Shown one piece after another: positions 12,506-25,830 of a stretch of DNA of 64,000 bases. A program made the translations under genes and the position numbers. Every line of letters starts with the position of its first letter. Position 1 is the stretch's first letter. Source of the DNA: Octopus sinensis. Lineage: Eukaryota. Under the pieces are notes generated by a model. That model ran no database searches, was not told the DNA's origin, and saw only the letters and a list, made by a program, of their open reading frames with translations. The stretch is from positions 186,001-250,000 of the forward strand of contig NW_021831041.1 in NCBI RefSeq assembly GCF_006345805.1, written 5' to 3'.

Positions 12506-12886
12506 GGGCGGACGACTTTATCTGCAATCGAATGGGCATTACTTATAATTTAAAATAATAATGCAACCAGTTTTTGCGATTATCTCTGCAACTTTATATG
12601 AATAAGATTCAGAGACATTTTGAGAGATATTTTTTATTAAAGATTGACGGTAAGGTGTTTTTATTTTCTTTTTTAATTCTAACAAAAATTCTGCCTTTTC
12701 CCAATTGAATTGTGATGTTTTCGCTTTAAATGTTCAATCAAACGAGACGGTTTCATAGCCTCATTCGAAAAGATTGTACCACATTAAAGACAAAGTGGTT
12801 TATTAGGAACTTTAGAATCTTTAATAAATCCAAGAGAAATATATTCATCTCTATACATTCTGACTTTTTTTGAACACTGGATTATA

Positions 12887-13180
12887 CAGTTAACCCTCTA
12901 TTTATTACCACCAACCGGACAGACCAAAATAGCGGCAAAAAAGGGAGGTGGTAAAAAAGGAGATAATCAATAATGTTTAGTTTATTTAGTAATTCTCCGA
13001 ATCCCTCGATTTTACACGAAAAATCATCAATTATTCTACTCGTGAGGCCTGTTTTATTCTAGCAATTATTGATAGTCTTAGAATAAATGTCACTTCATTT
13101 AAATAGAATTTCAATTTTGTTCGGTAAAAAAAGGAGAGTGTCAAATCATCATAGAGGTGGTAAATTAGAGAGATTAAATA
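12887..13180. mobile_element. pogo/Tigger-like MITE
   Basis: Begins TA-CAGTTAACCCTCT..TTACCACC and ends GGTGGTAAATTAGAGAGATTAA (imperfect inverted repeat). Segment 13110-13175 recurs inverted at ~20620-20690. Confidence 0.5.
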
Positions 13181-13550
13181 AATCATCAACTGGAAAAGCA
13201 ACAAGGACATGCATCCAATCAGTTTTGATAAAAAGGACCTCAGTGATATAATTGAAAACAACCACGTTATCAAGGTATTTAATAAAGAATACTGCTTCCA
13301 ACCGGTTTGTGGAGATTATTGAATCAGATGTGATAATTGTAGATAAAGACAGTATGGCCTTCTTTTATAAAAAGAATAGGCATACCAACGGTTTGGACTT
13401 AATCAATTGACTAATTTTAGCATTATTTGATTAATACATTCTGACTAATTTTTGTCATAGAGACAAAATAATATTAGAATTGTACGCAAAACTTCCTAGA
13501 ATACAATCAGAAAACAGTAAAAGTCAAATTCGTTTATTAAAAAACATTGA

Positions 13551-13985
13551 TTAAATTTTTTTCGACGTGTCGCGAGATCTGTAGGCGACTCCAGAATCTT
13601 TAAGTTTCTCAACAAAGTGAAGCGGAAGAACACCAGAAACCGAAATAGCGTAAACTCCAGGGACATATTTGTCTATATTAAAAACTTTTGAATTACCAAT
13701 TCCCTGCCACCTAGCCACCCAGCTGTCCTCGGGATCAAACAGGGTGATCATACTACGATATATAAGTATAATACCCGTCAAAATTGCAACTCGTACATGA
13801 TGAGACTATTGCTTTGTTTCCTATCATTCCGAAAATATCTTCGCAGTTTTCACATCCATGTGTGAGAAATTGCTCAGTAGACTGACAAATTAAACAATTA
13901 TTAATACTTTTACCAAGGAACAGCTAAGACAGGCTCTTAGAGAGCGAGTATTGTTGGGAATAAGTTCGGACTCGACAACAACCAT
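13551..13985 (-). CDS. SUPT4H1: Transcription elongation factor SPT4
   Basis: LRACLSCSLVK..EQFLTHGCENC..CTSCNFDG..DPEDSWVARWQ..PGVYAISVSGVLP..YRSRD. Introns 13882-13907, 13753-13774, 13673-13696. Confidence 0.95.
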
Positions 13986-14099
13986 TCACAAAAATTGCAA
14001 ATAATGCTATTTTTATTTTAAATAAACATATCTTCAATAAAGCATATATAACTATAAATTTAAATGCATTTTAATGTTAAAAACTAAGGATCTTCTGCT

Positions 14100-14620
14100 T
14101 CTCCGTTCTCGAATTAGGCACCAAACGGGACTGTCTGCGTCATATCTTCTGGTCTGGGAAGCTTTCCACAACTCCTTACGACTTTTTCCGCCACGAAACA
14201 TCCGGCCCCCTAGGACTATCGTGATTTCTTTCCCCTTATGTAGTACCGCTTAAGATCCTTTGGTGGCAGCAGCTCCGGAGGCTTTGACGGACTACGATAG
14301 GGCGATCGGGAAAACCAGAACTAATCTGCCTGCCCCAAATAAATTCCGTACACTTCATAAATCGTCTGCCTAACCTATTTTAAGTTTTCTGCACCCACTT
14401 TTGAAACATTCATAATCGACTTGATACACAAGAATCTGCTTACGCCTCAGGACTACCCGTATCAACCAAATACAAATTTGGCGTACAAACCGACGAGCTT
14501 GACTATCACTCCCTCTCACTTCTTCATGGAATTTTACGTTTGTCAATTCATTTCTTTGGTAGGTTCTCTCATCTTAAAAAGAACTCAGAAACACTAATTG
14601 GCTGCGGGATAGCGAACTAA
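14100..14620 (+). mobile_element. Mosaic of CRE-like and L1-like non-LTR fragments
   Basis: LRSFGGSSSGGFDGLR matches LNSFRGNSSGGIGGLRP of the CRE-like element near 22460. It is followed by IHNRLDT...GLPVS (zf-RVT-like). Segment 14162-14201 recurs at 16848-16887. Confidence 0.45.
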
Positions 14621-14980
14621 ACCAGATCATCCATCGGTCACTCCATATTACTGGATTCCATTCTCAACTGAAACTAGGGATCTTTGCAGAGGACAGCAGG
14701 AGGCCCAACGGGATGACGAATTTTCCTTTTCAAAGGAGAAATTGTCTTTTTTGAGAAGTCAGATGTAATTTTCTTTTTAGCCCACAACATAAGAGTATCA
14801 CTTGAAAACTCTAATACCCCATCCGAACGCACCGAAAGAAATATGCTGATGTCAAGGATGACAGAGTGTCAGGAATCCCCTGACAGTCGAAACTTCTGGA
14901 ATACATGTATTTTGAAAAATGATTATTTAGTAAGTTTAATATTTGGAAACAGAAAAGTGATTAGTTAGTAATTGTTTATT

Positions 14981-15609
14981 TTAATAACTACACTCTTCGT
15001 CGTTATTATCTGGATTTTCTTCTGAATTACTATTTTCAGTGTAAGGTTCATTTTCTATTTCAGGTTCATTCATCGAAGCATTTTGATTTTTCACTAAAAA
15101 TAGTATTTTTAATGTACAACTTGGAACTTCACATAAAAACGGAATTACAGCATCGCATGAAACATCGTTCCATCCCCCGTCTTTCGAATCAAAAATCACA
15201 CAGTCTTCATTTCCGACGTTATTTGGCTCCCCATTTTTCCAATTCAAAAAATACTAATTTTAAAAAGAATTTTTTGTACTTGTCTGTTCATATACGAATC
15301 TTGAAAGTATCCTTCAGATTCAATATCATTGACGCCTATGTAAAAATACGAATTATGATGAAGCAAATTGGCGTCTATGGTAAAATTCTAATTTTACTTT
15401 TAATAAAATCATTTGTTTCGCGGTCTTTTATGTTTGCTAGTAATCCCCCAATTTGCTGACAAAAATAGTTTGCCTGATAATGGTTTTTTTCTCCATTCCC
15501 ATAAATATAGCATTTGTCATGAAAACAAACTTAAATTAAAAAAATTCATTTTACATTCTGAACACACAAATTCAGTGAGTATCAATGCAAAAGAAATTAA
15601 AAAGAACAT
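14981..15609 (-). CDS. Secreted single-domain C-type lectin (EPN/WND)
   Basis: Hydrophobic N-terminus MFFLISFALILTEFVCS. Motifs KCY, ANYFCQQIGGLLANI, YIGVNDIESEG, WKNGEPNNVGNEDCV, GWNDVSC and FLCE, then an acidic tail. Several micro-introns are required. Confidence 0.85.
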
Positions 15610-16889
15610 TTCCAACTTGTTTTTTAATTTATTTTATATTGTAACTGACACCATTTGTTAACTGTCACACCTGGCATAGCAATTATCCCCAACGATTTTA
15701 TTGTGCTTATTAAACACTTTTAAGTAACGACCAAAAAAATAAATCAATTTTTTATGTTGTACGTAATCCAATTAATGTATCAACCTGTTTCAGCTACCTA
15801 ATTACTTATTTCATAAAATAAATATACAATTTCCTTAATTAAGCCCCAAAGCTAAAAAAAATTATTTAAAAATAGTGTTAACAATAAGAAAATTTAAAGA
15901 TAGTAGGGAGTAAGAGATTATTTGTAAAATTTAGAAAAAATAATTTTCTCGAAATTGTGGTAACAAAAAATAGCGAGCAGCATAAGTCTCAATGCACTTA
16001 GAAAACTCCTGATTAAGTTTTGTCGGAACTAAAAATCTGATTTGAATCAACACATAAATTAACAAAATTATGAATTTTACCTTTTCTTACATTGTCTAAA
16101 AATATGAAAATTGCAACTAATTTAAACTGTAAAAGCTCTAAATGGTTGGCTAATGAATTTTAAAACGGCATGAACTCAAATTCCAAATTCTCACTGCCGA
16201 AAAAATTCGTACACTCATGATAGAATCCAATCGTTTGTAGAAGTTTTTTGAAAAAAATAATCAAAGATTTTAAAGATGATTATTCCAAGGCGTTAATTGA
16301 ATTTACTCGTTTGCTAGATAAAGAAAATTTTTTTCCGACTCAGTTAAAGCAATTAATCTACGCCAATCATTGACAATAGTATCGAAATATTTGAAAAATG
16401 TATTCTGTAAAAGAAATAAAAATAGATGGGATAAATACCTGTTGTATCTGACAATAATCTGATAGATGTGATAGAACAAGTTTTAGATAAAGTTTCGGAA
16501 AGCAGGAAAAGCAGCGATAAAGTTTTGAAAAACAAGAAATTTTGTATGATGTGCAAAATAAAAAGACGACGCTGAAAAAAGTAGCAAAAAATTAATGAAT
16601 TGGATGTCTTAAACATTGGTCCAGGTTCGTTTAAAGATTTTTGCTGCTTTAGACAAAGTTTCTTCAGTAGGATGAACGAAACTATGGGTATGAAAATAGA
16701 ATTAATGATTATTTTAATAAAGAATGACTTTCATGAATTTTTTTATATTAATGCTAATTTTTGGATTGTACATGTTTAGTCCATATCTCAAAAGTTTATA
16801 AATTCAAAAGACCGTTTACATAAAGTTAATTTGTATATTTCACAATTCTTTCCACAACTCCTTACGACTTTTTCCACCCCGAAACATAC

Positions 16890-19010
16890 AACGAGAAAAA
16901 TTCACTCACTTCACCTGATATTACTATTTGCTCACCACGACTGGCACCTCTTGTTCATTGGTCCGTTAATTTTGAATTGGGGAGCGATCACAACCCTATT
17001 CTTATCAAAATCAATTGCACCCCGGCGACCCGGTCAAAGCATGCAATATTTCACGATTACGCTAATGCCGATTGGACAGGATATAAAAAATATGTTGATT
17101 CATCCCTATGGAACTTTCATCCTCAGAATTTCAACTCCCTCGACACGGCAGTCAACTACTTTAACAAAGTTATTCTAAAGGGGAGAGATCTATTTGTAAA
17201 GAAAGGAGTCCTGAAACTCACGAAAAGAAAATACGACGCTAAAACAGTCAAACTAATAAAAGAAAGAAATCGCCTTAAACACAGTACACATCTGACGAAA
17301 CTCACAACGAGAAGGATTCGGGTATTGAACATGGAGATCGCAGAAAGTGCGAGACGAATGCAAAAAAGAAAATTGGACACGATTTCCCGAGGGATGAACA
17401 AAAAGTGCTCACTCTCGAAAATGTGGAAGATGCTGCGTAACATTAAAAACGCCGACAGTACAAACGAGGATGACAACAATCACCAACTAGACCTAAACAC
17501 TTATATGAAACATTGCGTGAAGATAAGTCACAAGGCCTATAAAAAATCGGAATCCTCTTCAATTATTAAGGGCAAACCGAAAAGGGAGCCTCCATCATCG
17601 TACTTCCTACCTCGAGATGTCGCTTTAGAAATTTCCCGACTAAAGAATACACGCTCCTGCGGACCAGACGGAATCCCAGCGATCATGCTCAAAAAATTGG
17701 GCGATGCAGCTATCTCTGCACTTACGAGTATTTACAACTACTCGTACAACTTCAATTTCATTCCAACATTATGGAAACTGTCGTGCATTCACCCAATCCT
17801 GAAGCCTGGAAAACCGAAAGAGCAACCTGGATCATACAGGCCACTGTCCCTTTTATGCGTCCAGGCACGAATTCTAGAGAGAATGGTCATGACTTTGATT
17901 CGCCCCCTCCTCCCAGAAGTCAGTTCCCAACATGGATTCAAAGAGGGGCGATCAACTGTCACACATCTAAATGCTTTAATGAAGTTTATATCAGACGGTC
18001 TAAACAAGAAACCTAAACAGGAAAAATCCATTGTCTGCTCGATCGACATAAAGAAGGCTTTCGATTCGGTGCCAAGGAAAATACTCACACAAAAGATCTA
18101 TTCCTCAAATATTGATACGAATCTAAAACTATGGCTTGGGAATTTCCTGAGCGGCCGTCGGGGAAGGGCTTGTTGTGGAAACAGATCTTCCATATCGAGA
18201 CTATTACCAAATGGGGTCCCTCAGGGTTCTCCACTATCTCCACTTTTATTCAATCTCATGATGAACGACATACCACAGTTAGAGGGGGACAACGATCTGT
18301 TATTACTATATGCAGATGATATTATCGTCGCATCAAGGGATGTGAGCATAATAAAAGCAACGGATAGAATACAGGATAACCTCAACAATCTGAGTTCATG
18401 GCTATATAAAAACGAACTGGAGGCAAGTCCGGAAAAATCTATTTTGACTCTGTTTACGAAAAACAGAAGGCTTGGGAAAGTCTCAATTGAAGCGAAGTTA
18501 GACGGGGAAATTATACCGCAGAGCAAAACCCAGAAGATTCTTGGTGTTACATTCGACACCTTTCTAACCTTTTCAACCCACGTCGAAAATGTAGTTATGG
18601 CGGGTGCAAGAAAGATTAACTTCCTGAATGCCTTCCTGAAGAACGCAGGAGAATGCAAAGGCCTATATGGCCTAAACAACATATATAATCAATACTTGGA
18701 ACCTACGATCGGCTATGCGTGCGGAATCTGGGGAACAAAATTAAGTGCAAACAATATATCAAAAATCGACAAAATTCGGTTGAAAGCGGAAAAACCTGCT
18801 AAATACTTTTTCCGATAAAAAGATTATTCCAAAAGCCTGGAACAACAGAGAGGTTCGTCCTAAAAATCCCCGTCCGTACCGAAAATGCGTCGGGACAACG
18901 GCGGAACATCGGAAGAGGCTGCGCGAACTGCTGAGGGAGGCTGGGATCACCTGAATTCTTCTTTCTTTTGGCTATGACGGTGGTTTTCTGGTTCAATAAT
19001 AATAATAAAT
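16890..19010 (+). mobile_element. 5'-truncated Jockey/I-like LINE with an open RT frame (16977-18818)
   Basis: GSDHNPI (end of APE), SCGPDGIP, YRPLSLL, QHGF, DIKKAFDSV, GVPQGSPLSPLLFN, YADD, ILGVTFD. (AAT)n tail at ~18996-19010. Confidence 0.9.
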
Positions 19011-19149
19011 TGTTCATTATATAAACTAGACTTTGATAAACCGAAATAACTCATCTATTTCCAAAAATTAAATCAACAAAATATAAAATCATTGAAGTTA
19101 TTTTAAAATCAATTATTTACTATAAAATTCATTTTCACGAATATAAACA

Positions 19150-20224
19150 TCAACTGCGATTGAAAAGCCGTGATCGAGAGAAATAGTCTTTAAAATATTC
19201 ATATGTCGAAATCATTATTGCACATGCAGGAGCAACCTTCATCATTCTCGGAACAAGTCCTACCAATCAGAACAAATACCAACCCACATAAAACCCACAA
19301 ACACCTTCAGACCTTTTCACTGTTCGACAAATTTCCAAAAGTCCCCTCCTCGCTCCCACATTCCCCAAATCAGTCTGCATCCGAGTTTTGAGCACATCAA
19401 ATGGCATTGTAATAACCGACGCACTCTAATACTATTTTACCCCCAAAACACCATTCCAGCCAAAAAGCCGTACAAAAAACTTGTCTGGGAAGAAATTACA
19501 TCTCTGGACTGAACGTGAGTTCTTTTCAACAACTCATAAAAACTCCAATAAAACACTTGCGTAAAAAAACAAAAAAACTTGAAAAAGGAACGTCCCGAAG
19601 AACACTGGGAACCCACCCCCTCCAAAGCAGAGAAACTCCTTCTGCGGAAACTGAGGATCGAACGTGTCCCCAGATCTGGGAATAGGTATATTTCCCCGAC
19701 TGAAGCTTAGTACGCACAAGTTCGAGTGGACTTATAAAGGTGACCGAAGCCACTACGAGATTAACGGAATTGTCAAACTCCGTGCAATGGCCCCTGAAGC
19801 CATCGGAATGACGAGTTTGTGGCCCGCATTTTCATATCCGAACCAATTTTTAATCTGGTCGTAGCAGGAGAAATAAACAACATTCGAAGGAATGGCCAAA
19901 ACACTACATTGATGGGCAATCAGTACAGTGTTGCTGAGAATCCACTCCATAGATAACCAAGCCCTTCATTCCGGACAATATGAGTCACCACTCCAAGATT
20001 TCCGGTCTTTCTGTGGCTCAGGTGGATGGCGGTACATGAAGATATTCGAAGAGAAGGCATCTCAAAGGGAATGCCTTTTCTCTCAGTTTGTCGACGAACT
20101 CGAATAACGTCAAAGGGAGTGACTGGAATGGTAAGAGTTAACTACCAAATATTGAGGTAACGAGTGCACCCGTCGTGGAAGCCACCATTCGTTCAAACAG
20201 GGTTATATCCCCACTAGGAGACAT
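19150..20224 (-). CDS. SLC25A40: Mitochondrial carrier, SLC25A39/40 family
   Basis: Three carrier repeats ([31 protein letters not shown]) plus [16 protein letters not shown] and [18 protein letters not shown]. Several micro-introns. Confidence 0.9.
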
Positions 20225-21714
20225 GGGAATCACGTGGAGTTGGAACGAACAAAAAAACACAAGAAAATTTTTCGAAATTAATTTTTAAAAATTAATGTTT
20301 ATTATCTATTCAGCAAAAAGAAAATATTACAATTAAAACTTGCAAGGAACTCCAAATATCTCATTAATGTGCATAATTTGTTGATATTTTCAACGAAAAT
20401 GTTTATCGAAAAAACATTCTTTTTTAACTAGATCAGAATTTATATAAGACGGACTGCTTTGAAGATCTTTCCTGGTTAAATCTGAACTTAAATAAGTTTT
20501 TTTACCGTTGATGTATTCATAAAAGATAAAAAGGTTAGAAATTTCACTTTTTTCTAACATTCCTTATACAAACCACTCCGTTTTAATAAAAAAATTCATT
20601 CATTTCATTTCATTCAAACCACTCTAATTTACCACCTCCATGATTTGCCACTTTTTCTTTTTGCCGAAAAAATTGAAATTCTGTTTTCCCTTATTTTCTT
20701 TATTTTGACTAATCAACCCGTTGGGAAAAAAATGAAAATAATGAAAATAACAGACAATTGAATATTAATTCAGTGAGATTTTTGATTTTGTTTGTTCAGA
20801 ATAATTTTACTTATGTCGGGCTTCATCTTCGACAAGGCTACTCTCTTAATGACAAACACATAGTTTTTGAACAAAGTGCATGTTTGTTCAATCCTCAGTG
20901 TATTTTAGCAATACCAGGAACTTATTCCTTAATACAAGAAACAAGTTCAGATTGATGACGCAGGTGCACCATTATACATATAGATCCAACTTTATCTTAT
21001 TTGATTTTATTCGTCGTCATAAATTTTTTTATTTTAACCGAATAATCATTAACATTTGATTAGGGTAATTAATTAGGTGATTCGTCGTCATAAAATTGTC
21101 AAAAATATTGAAATTTCCTCTCCACGAGTGTGTTTATCCATCTCAAAAAAATAAAAACTTATCAATTATATTCACATGATCAACAAAGCGAACATAGGAC
21201 AGAAGCTGACAGACGTTAGAAATGTCATTTGACTCGTCGAATGAAATACTTATCTGTAAATCCAATTTACAGCTTCCAACCTCCGTTTAGCTTGCGATTT
21301 ATTAAACCATTCAAACTTTATCTGTAAATCCAATTTCGTTCTTTTGACTTTAAAATATTCATGTGAGCAACAATTTTTTGAATGTCAGACTCTTTGTGGT
21401 GCCTATGATGAGAAGGTTTCAGTGAATTGTTTTCAAAATTTTATGGCAAATCATAAATTTTGGCTCTATTCCATTATTTGAGGCAATGAATTTAATGAAT
21501 CTAACGACGATTCTTGTTAACCGTATGATGAATGATAAACCACGCTAATCAAATCAGGTTAATTTCAATGTTTTTGGTTTATACTTAGTTACACAATTAG
21601 TTTTAACTTAACTTTTTATTTTGCGGTTTTTCTTGTGTCTTTTCTTGTTTTTTTGGTCTATATTAAAGAAGTTTTTTTGGTGATTATGTTTGTCTTTTTT
21701 CCATTCATTTTTCA

Positions 21715-24260
21715 ATGGTTATCTGTTCCGTTTGTAAATCTGTTAATAATCGAAAAAAGTTTATTCAGTGCGATTCTTGCCATTCTTTCTTTCATATTTC
21801 ATGTATCAAGCTGTCAAAGATATCACTTTCCGGCCTTACTCGTTGGGTGTGTTCTTCTTGCTCTTTCTTTCCTCCTTTTTATATAAATGATGGCCTCCCC
21901 TCCGCCACTCCTCCATCTCTTGACAATCCTCTAGATCCATTTTTGTTGGATCCTGAATCTGTTCTTAAATTGATTTACAATTATCATGCTTCTTTCTGCA
22001 TTCCTATCCGAAACCAAAAATCGGCCCATATTTTGGTGGCCCTAAACTTATGCTCTTTAATCGATCCATTCATATCTAATTTGAATCGTTTATTCCTTTT
22101 TCCAACTTTTGCGTTGGGCTCTCCTGCTCGTCGCCCCGGTGCCGGTGGTTCCTTTGTTTCTTTCTTGAAAAATAATATGAGTCAGTTTATGAATGGCTTT
22201 CTCGTTCCGTCTTTCTCATATAAAATCTACTGCTAAACCCTCGTCGAAGGACGCTTCTAAACGTCTACGGTTTCGGATTAATTCCTGTTTAATGTCGCAC
22301 AATGTCAGCGCGACTGTTCGTTTTCTGCCGTCTTCCGATCTGTCCGTACAATCACCCCCGTTGCATTCTCAAGGAAAAGCACCCTATTGGAAAATCAGCA
22401 ACCTTTGATTTGTCCTGTTTGCCATTTTCTGTTTCTTCCAAACAACTTCTGGATTCCCTAAACTCTTTTAGGGGTAACAGTAGTGGGGGTATTGGCGGTC
22501 TCCGCCCTATTCATATGAGAGACTTCATTTCAGCCACTGATGATACCGGGAATCGCCTCTTGAATGCTTGCACTGTTAGTGCAAAAATTTTGCTACTTGA
22601 TCATGCTAGAACTCTGTTCTTTTTCGCGAATCCTACAGCCCTGGGTAAGAAAGATGGTGGCATCAGTCCTATTGCTGTTGGAAATGTCTTTCGTCGCTTA
22701 TTTGCAAAAGTCTGTTGTAAGTCCGTTATCTCTTCTATTGTTGTGCAATTGCAGCCCATTCAGTTGGGTGTGAATGTTCCTGGCGGATGTGAGTCTTCTG
22801 TTCATGCCTGTCCTTGTTTCATTGACGCTTCCACTCAATCCAATATTCCCCTTACTTTATTGAAACTGGATGTAACTAGTGCATTCAATTCTCTAGATAA
22901 TGGCCATTTGTTGGAGGTCTGTCAAACCCGTGTCCCACATTTACTTCCCTTTATCTCGCTTTCATACTCTCTTCCACTCATTTTAATCGCCGGCAGTTCT
23001 TTCATTACTTCTCCCTTTGGCCTCCAACAGTGTGATCTTTTGGACTCTATTGTTTGCCCTTCCCGTGGATTCTATCGCCCGGGTAAATAAATCACCTCTA
23101 AATCTCTGGTATCTCGACGATTGTACCCTCTGCGGTCCGCCCGATGTTTTGTTGAGGGACTTAGGCACTCTAATTTTGACGTTATTCAACATTGGTCTGG
23201 TCGTTAATTTCAGAAAGTCTGAGATTGTCAATCTTTCTGTTGAGCCATCCCTTTTGAAGATCTTCTCTCTTTTCTGCGGACTCCTTTCTCAGTTGAGACT
23301 GTCGCATCTTTTTGTGAAAAACTTTATGTCATTGATCTTCATTCTACATCCTCAAAAACTATCTTTTGATCCCAAAAATCATTTATATCCTGAGGAGCTC
23401 TCCTTGTTTTTATGTTACCCACGTGCTGGAATCTTATGATTCCTTCGTTCGGAGTTCTGCTGAGAAAATTCTTAATGTACATTTCGATGATATTGCCTGA
23501 TGTCAGGCTAAACTTCCTGTGAGTCACGGAGGTCTGGGCCTCCGTTGCAGTCTTGATTTGGCTCTTCCCGCTTTTCTTTCTTTGGCGTCTGGATTAAATT
23601 TCAAAAATTCAATCAAGAATCTGCATTGAATAATAATAATATCTCCATGTCCTGGACTCTGATATTGATTCGGCCCTTGCACTTCGGAAACAAAATTACT
23701 CTGAACTCCATTCTGATGTCATTTCTTAGCCGGATTGGGACAAAATTTTTTGTCGTCGATCTCGACCAACACAGACTGGCCTGTTTCCGTTCCGCCGTCA
23801 TCTATACTCACGCTTCTGGCTTAATGTACTCCCTTCTCCGCTTTTGGATACTGTCCTTAATAGAAATTCACTCTGTTTGGGTATCTGTAATCGCCTTGGA
23901 CTCCCTGTTTGCAGACCTCACCCCTGCTGTTGTGGAGCTAAAGTTGACGCCCTTGAGCTCCATCCTCTATCTTGTAGAATGAATGCATTTTCTCGGCACA
24001 CTGAAATCAACAATCTAATTCACAAAGCCCTGGAAAGAGCTGATTTCCCCTCAGTTCTGAAACCGACAGGGCTTGACCTTGAAGATGCAAAACGTTCGAC
24101 GGCTGTAAGCTTTTCGCTTTTGAATCCGGGAAGCAGCTTGTTTGGGATGTCACCTGTTTCGGCTCTTTCGCCAAGGAAGCCTTGAATTCCACAGCATGTC
24201 GACCCGGTTCGTCGGCTGAGAAGGCCGAATTTACGAAACTGTCGAAATACGATGATTTTT
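21715..24260 (+). mobile_element. Degenerate CRE-like non-LTR retrotransposon (PHD finger, RT with YLDD, RLE endonuclease)
   Basis: N-terminal CSVC..IQCDSCHSFFHISC..WVCSSC (PHD). RT motifs PIAVGNVFRRL, QLGV..PGGCE, KLDVTSAFNS, WYLDD. C-terminal CCCGA..HPLSC..RHTEIN and LVWDVTC. Multiple frameshifts. Confidence 0.85.
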
Positions 24261-25699
24261 AGGATCGCTTTTACGTGGAAATCCAACACATTTACACTTC
24301 CCGGAAACGAGTCTTGCAATGTCGCTCAATTCAATCGTCGACAACCTGCGGACTCCATGGATCATCATTCTAATAAAAAACGTGGAAACGTCAAAGGAAA
24401 AGCACGTAAATCCGCAAGTTCTTTAGCAGAATCCGTAACACCAAATGGCATTCTCGTGTGATCTGTATAGTGTGCTCATCCTGGGTACCTGTCGCAAACA
24501 CGGAAAACTGGTTAAACAGATGGAATTGGAGTACAACTTTAAAATCCACCACCTGACTTCACACATGGAACCCCTGACCAATATTCTCCCGCGGGTAGTC
24601 TTCCGTGAAAGTATCAACTCGGAAAATTCCATAAAAACTGCGGACGGAACCGACAAATTGCGACTTTTTTGGACTCGACGTGGAAATACATTGAAGGGTT
24701 GATTGAGTCACACGGAAACGGGGAGGCGGTGATCGGTCCCTTTCTATTTGCTGACATCCCCTATGGCGGGAACGTGGGTGATTGGTTTGTTCGTAAATAG
24801 AACAACAGAATAATCCCGCTGTTGAGACGAGCTCTCCACTCCACGCTTTCGACGGAACTCTTCGAGTTGGTCATGGAACGGATTCCGTAGAAGGTGACTT
24901 GACTGTTGATGAACAGACTTGGCAATATTCACAAATAGTCTGTTTTATTTTCCTTTTAACTGAATTTAATCAAAATATAGTCAAATCAAACAAAACAAAG
25001 GAAGCAATTTTTCAACTGGAATCAAGTCTTGTCAACGTTGCCCATCCATGAGTTTTTCTGTCCCGACATTGTTGCAGAAAAGGGATCTCCTACCTTCTCT
25101 GGTCACATTACTAATAAAAACTGTTCTTTATGATAAACCTTTGCCGGAAACAAATGAAGTTTTGCTCGGCGACGAGAACCATCTCCCACCTCCATCTCTT
25201 TGCATACAGAAAAAAACTGTAATGAAGATTTGGAGGTGTGTGCTTAAAACCATTTGATATATTAAACGGAGTAGTTTTTAATCTGTTAGACTTTTTTTAT
25301 TAAAATGTCGAAATGCATATAAATATCACAATCTTATGGCTTCCATGAAAACTCAATTTATTAATAAAAAGAAACAAATTAGCTAATTAATTGTTTAAAT
25401 AAGTTCCAAGCTTTTGAAGTGAACAGGTAATGGCCCTTTTTCCTCCTCTTCTCTGGCTCTGCAGACCTCCCAGGATTTGCAGTCCAGCGCTCATCGCTGA
25501 CTAAATGTCAGGAAAAAACTGGAATCCCGAAGACTGAGGAAACAGTTTAATATTGACTATGAATATGAGAGTGTTAGTGCTATAACACCCTGCATTATGC
25601 TTGATCGACATTTGTTCGAATTAGGCAGTGAGGACTCTGCTTAGCAGTTCTAGACACAGGACAAACAGCAATTGAAATTTTCTATCTCTATGTAATATG

Positions 25700-25830
25700 C
25701 TCCTCTCTAGCATTTGTTGTAGGGTAGATGCACATTCCATCTGTTCATTACAGTTGCAAGAAATTTTATAAACCACAAAGGAGTCTTCGCAGGCACTCAA
25801 CGGAGTAGGCATGGTCAACATTTGTCTTTT
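25700..25830 (-). mobile_element. Possible Penelope GIY-YIG fragment
   Basis: SFVVYKISCNC resembles the Penelope 'VVYKIxCxC..YIG' motif. The rest of the element is not seen. Confidence 0.25.

Noticed and set aside
17156-18682. Antisense ORFs of 99-153 aa inside the LINE
   Set aside because: They are shadow frames of the RT ORF with no independent motifs.
21009-21337. Short direct repeats ATTCGTCGTCATAAATT x2 and TATCTGTAAATCCAATTT x2
   Set aside because: Only two copies each with irregular spacing; most simply small local duplications in repeat debris.
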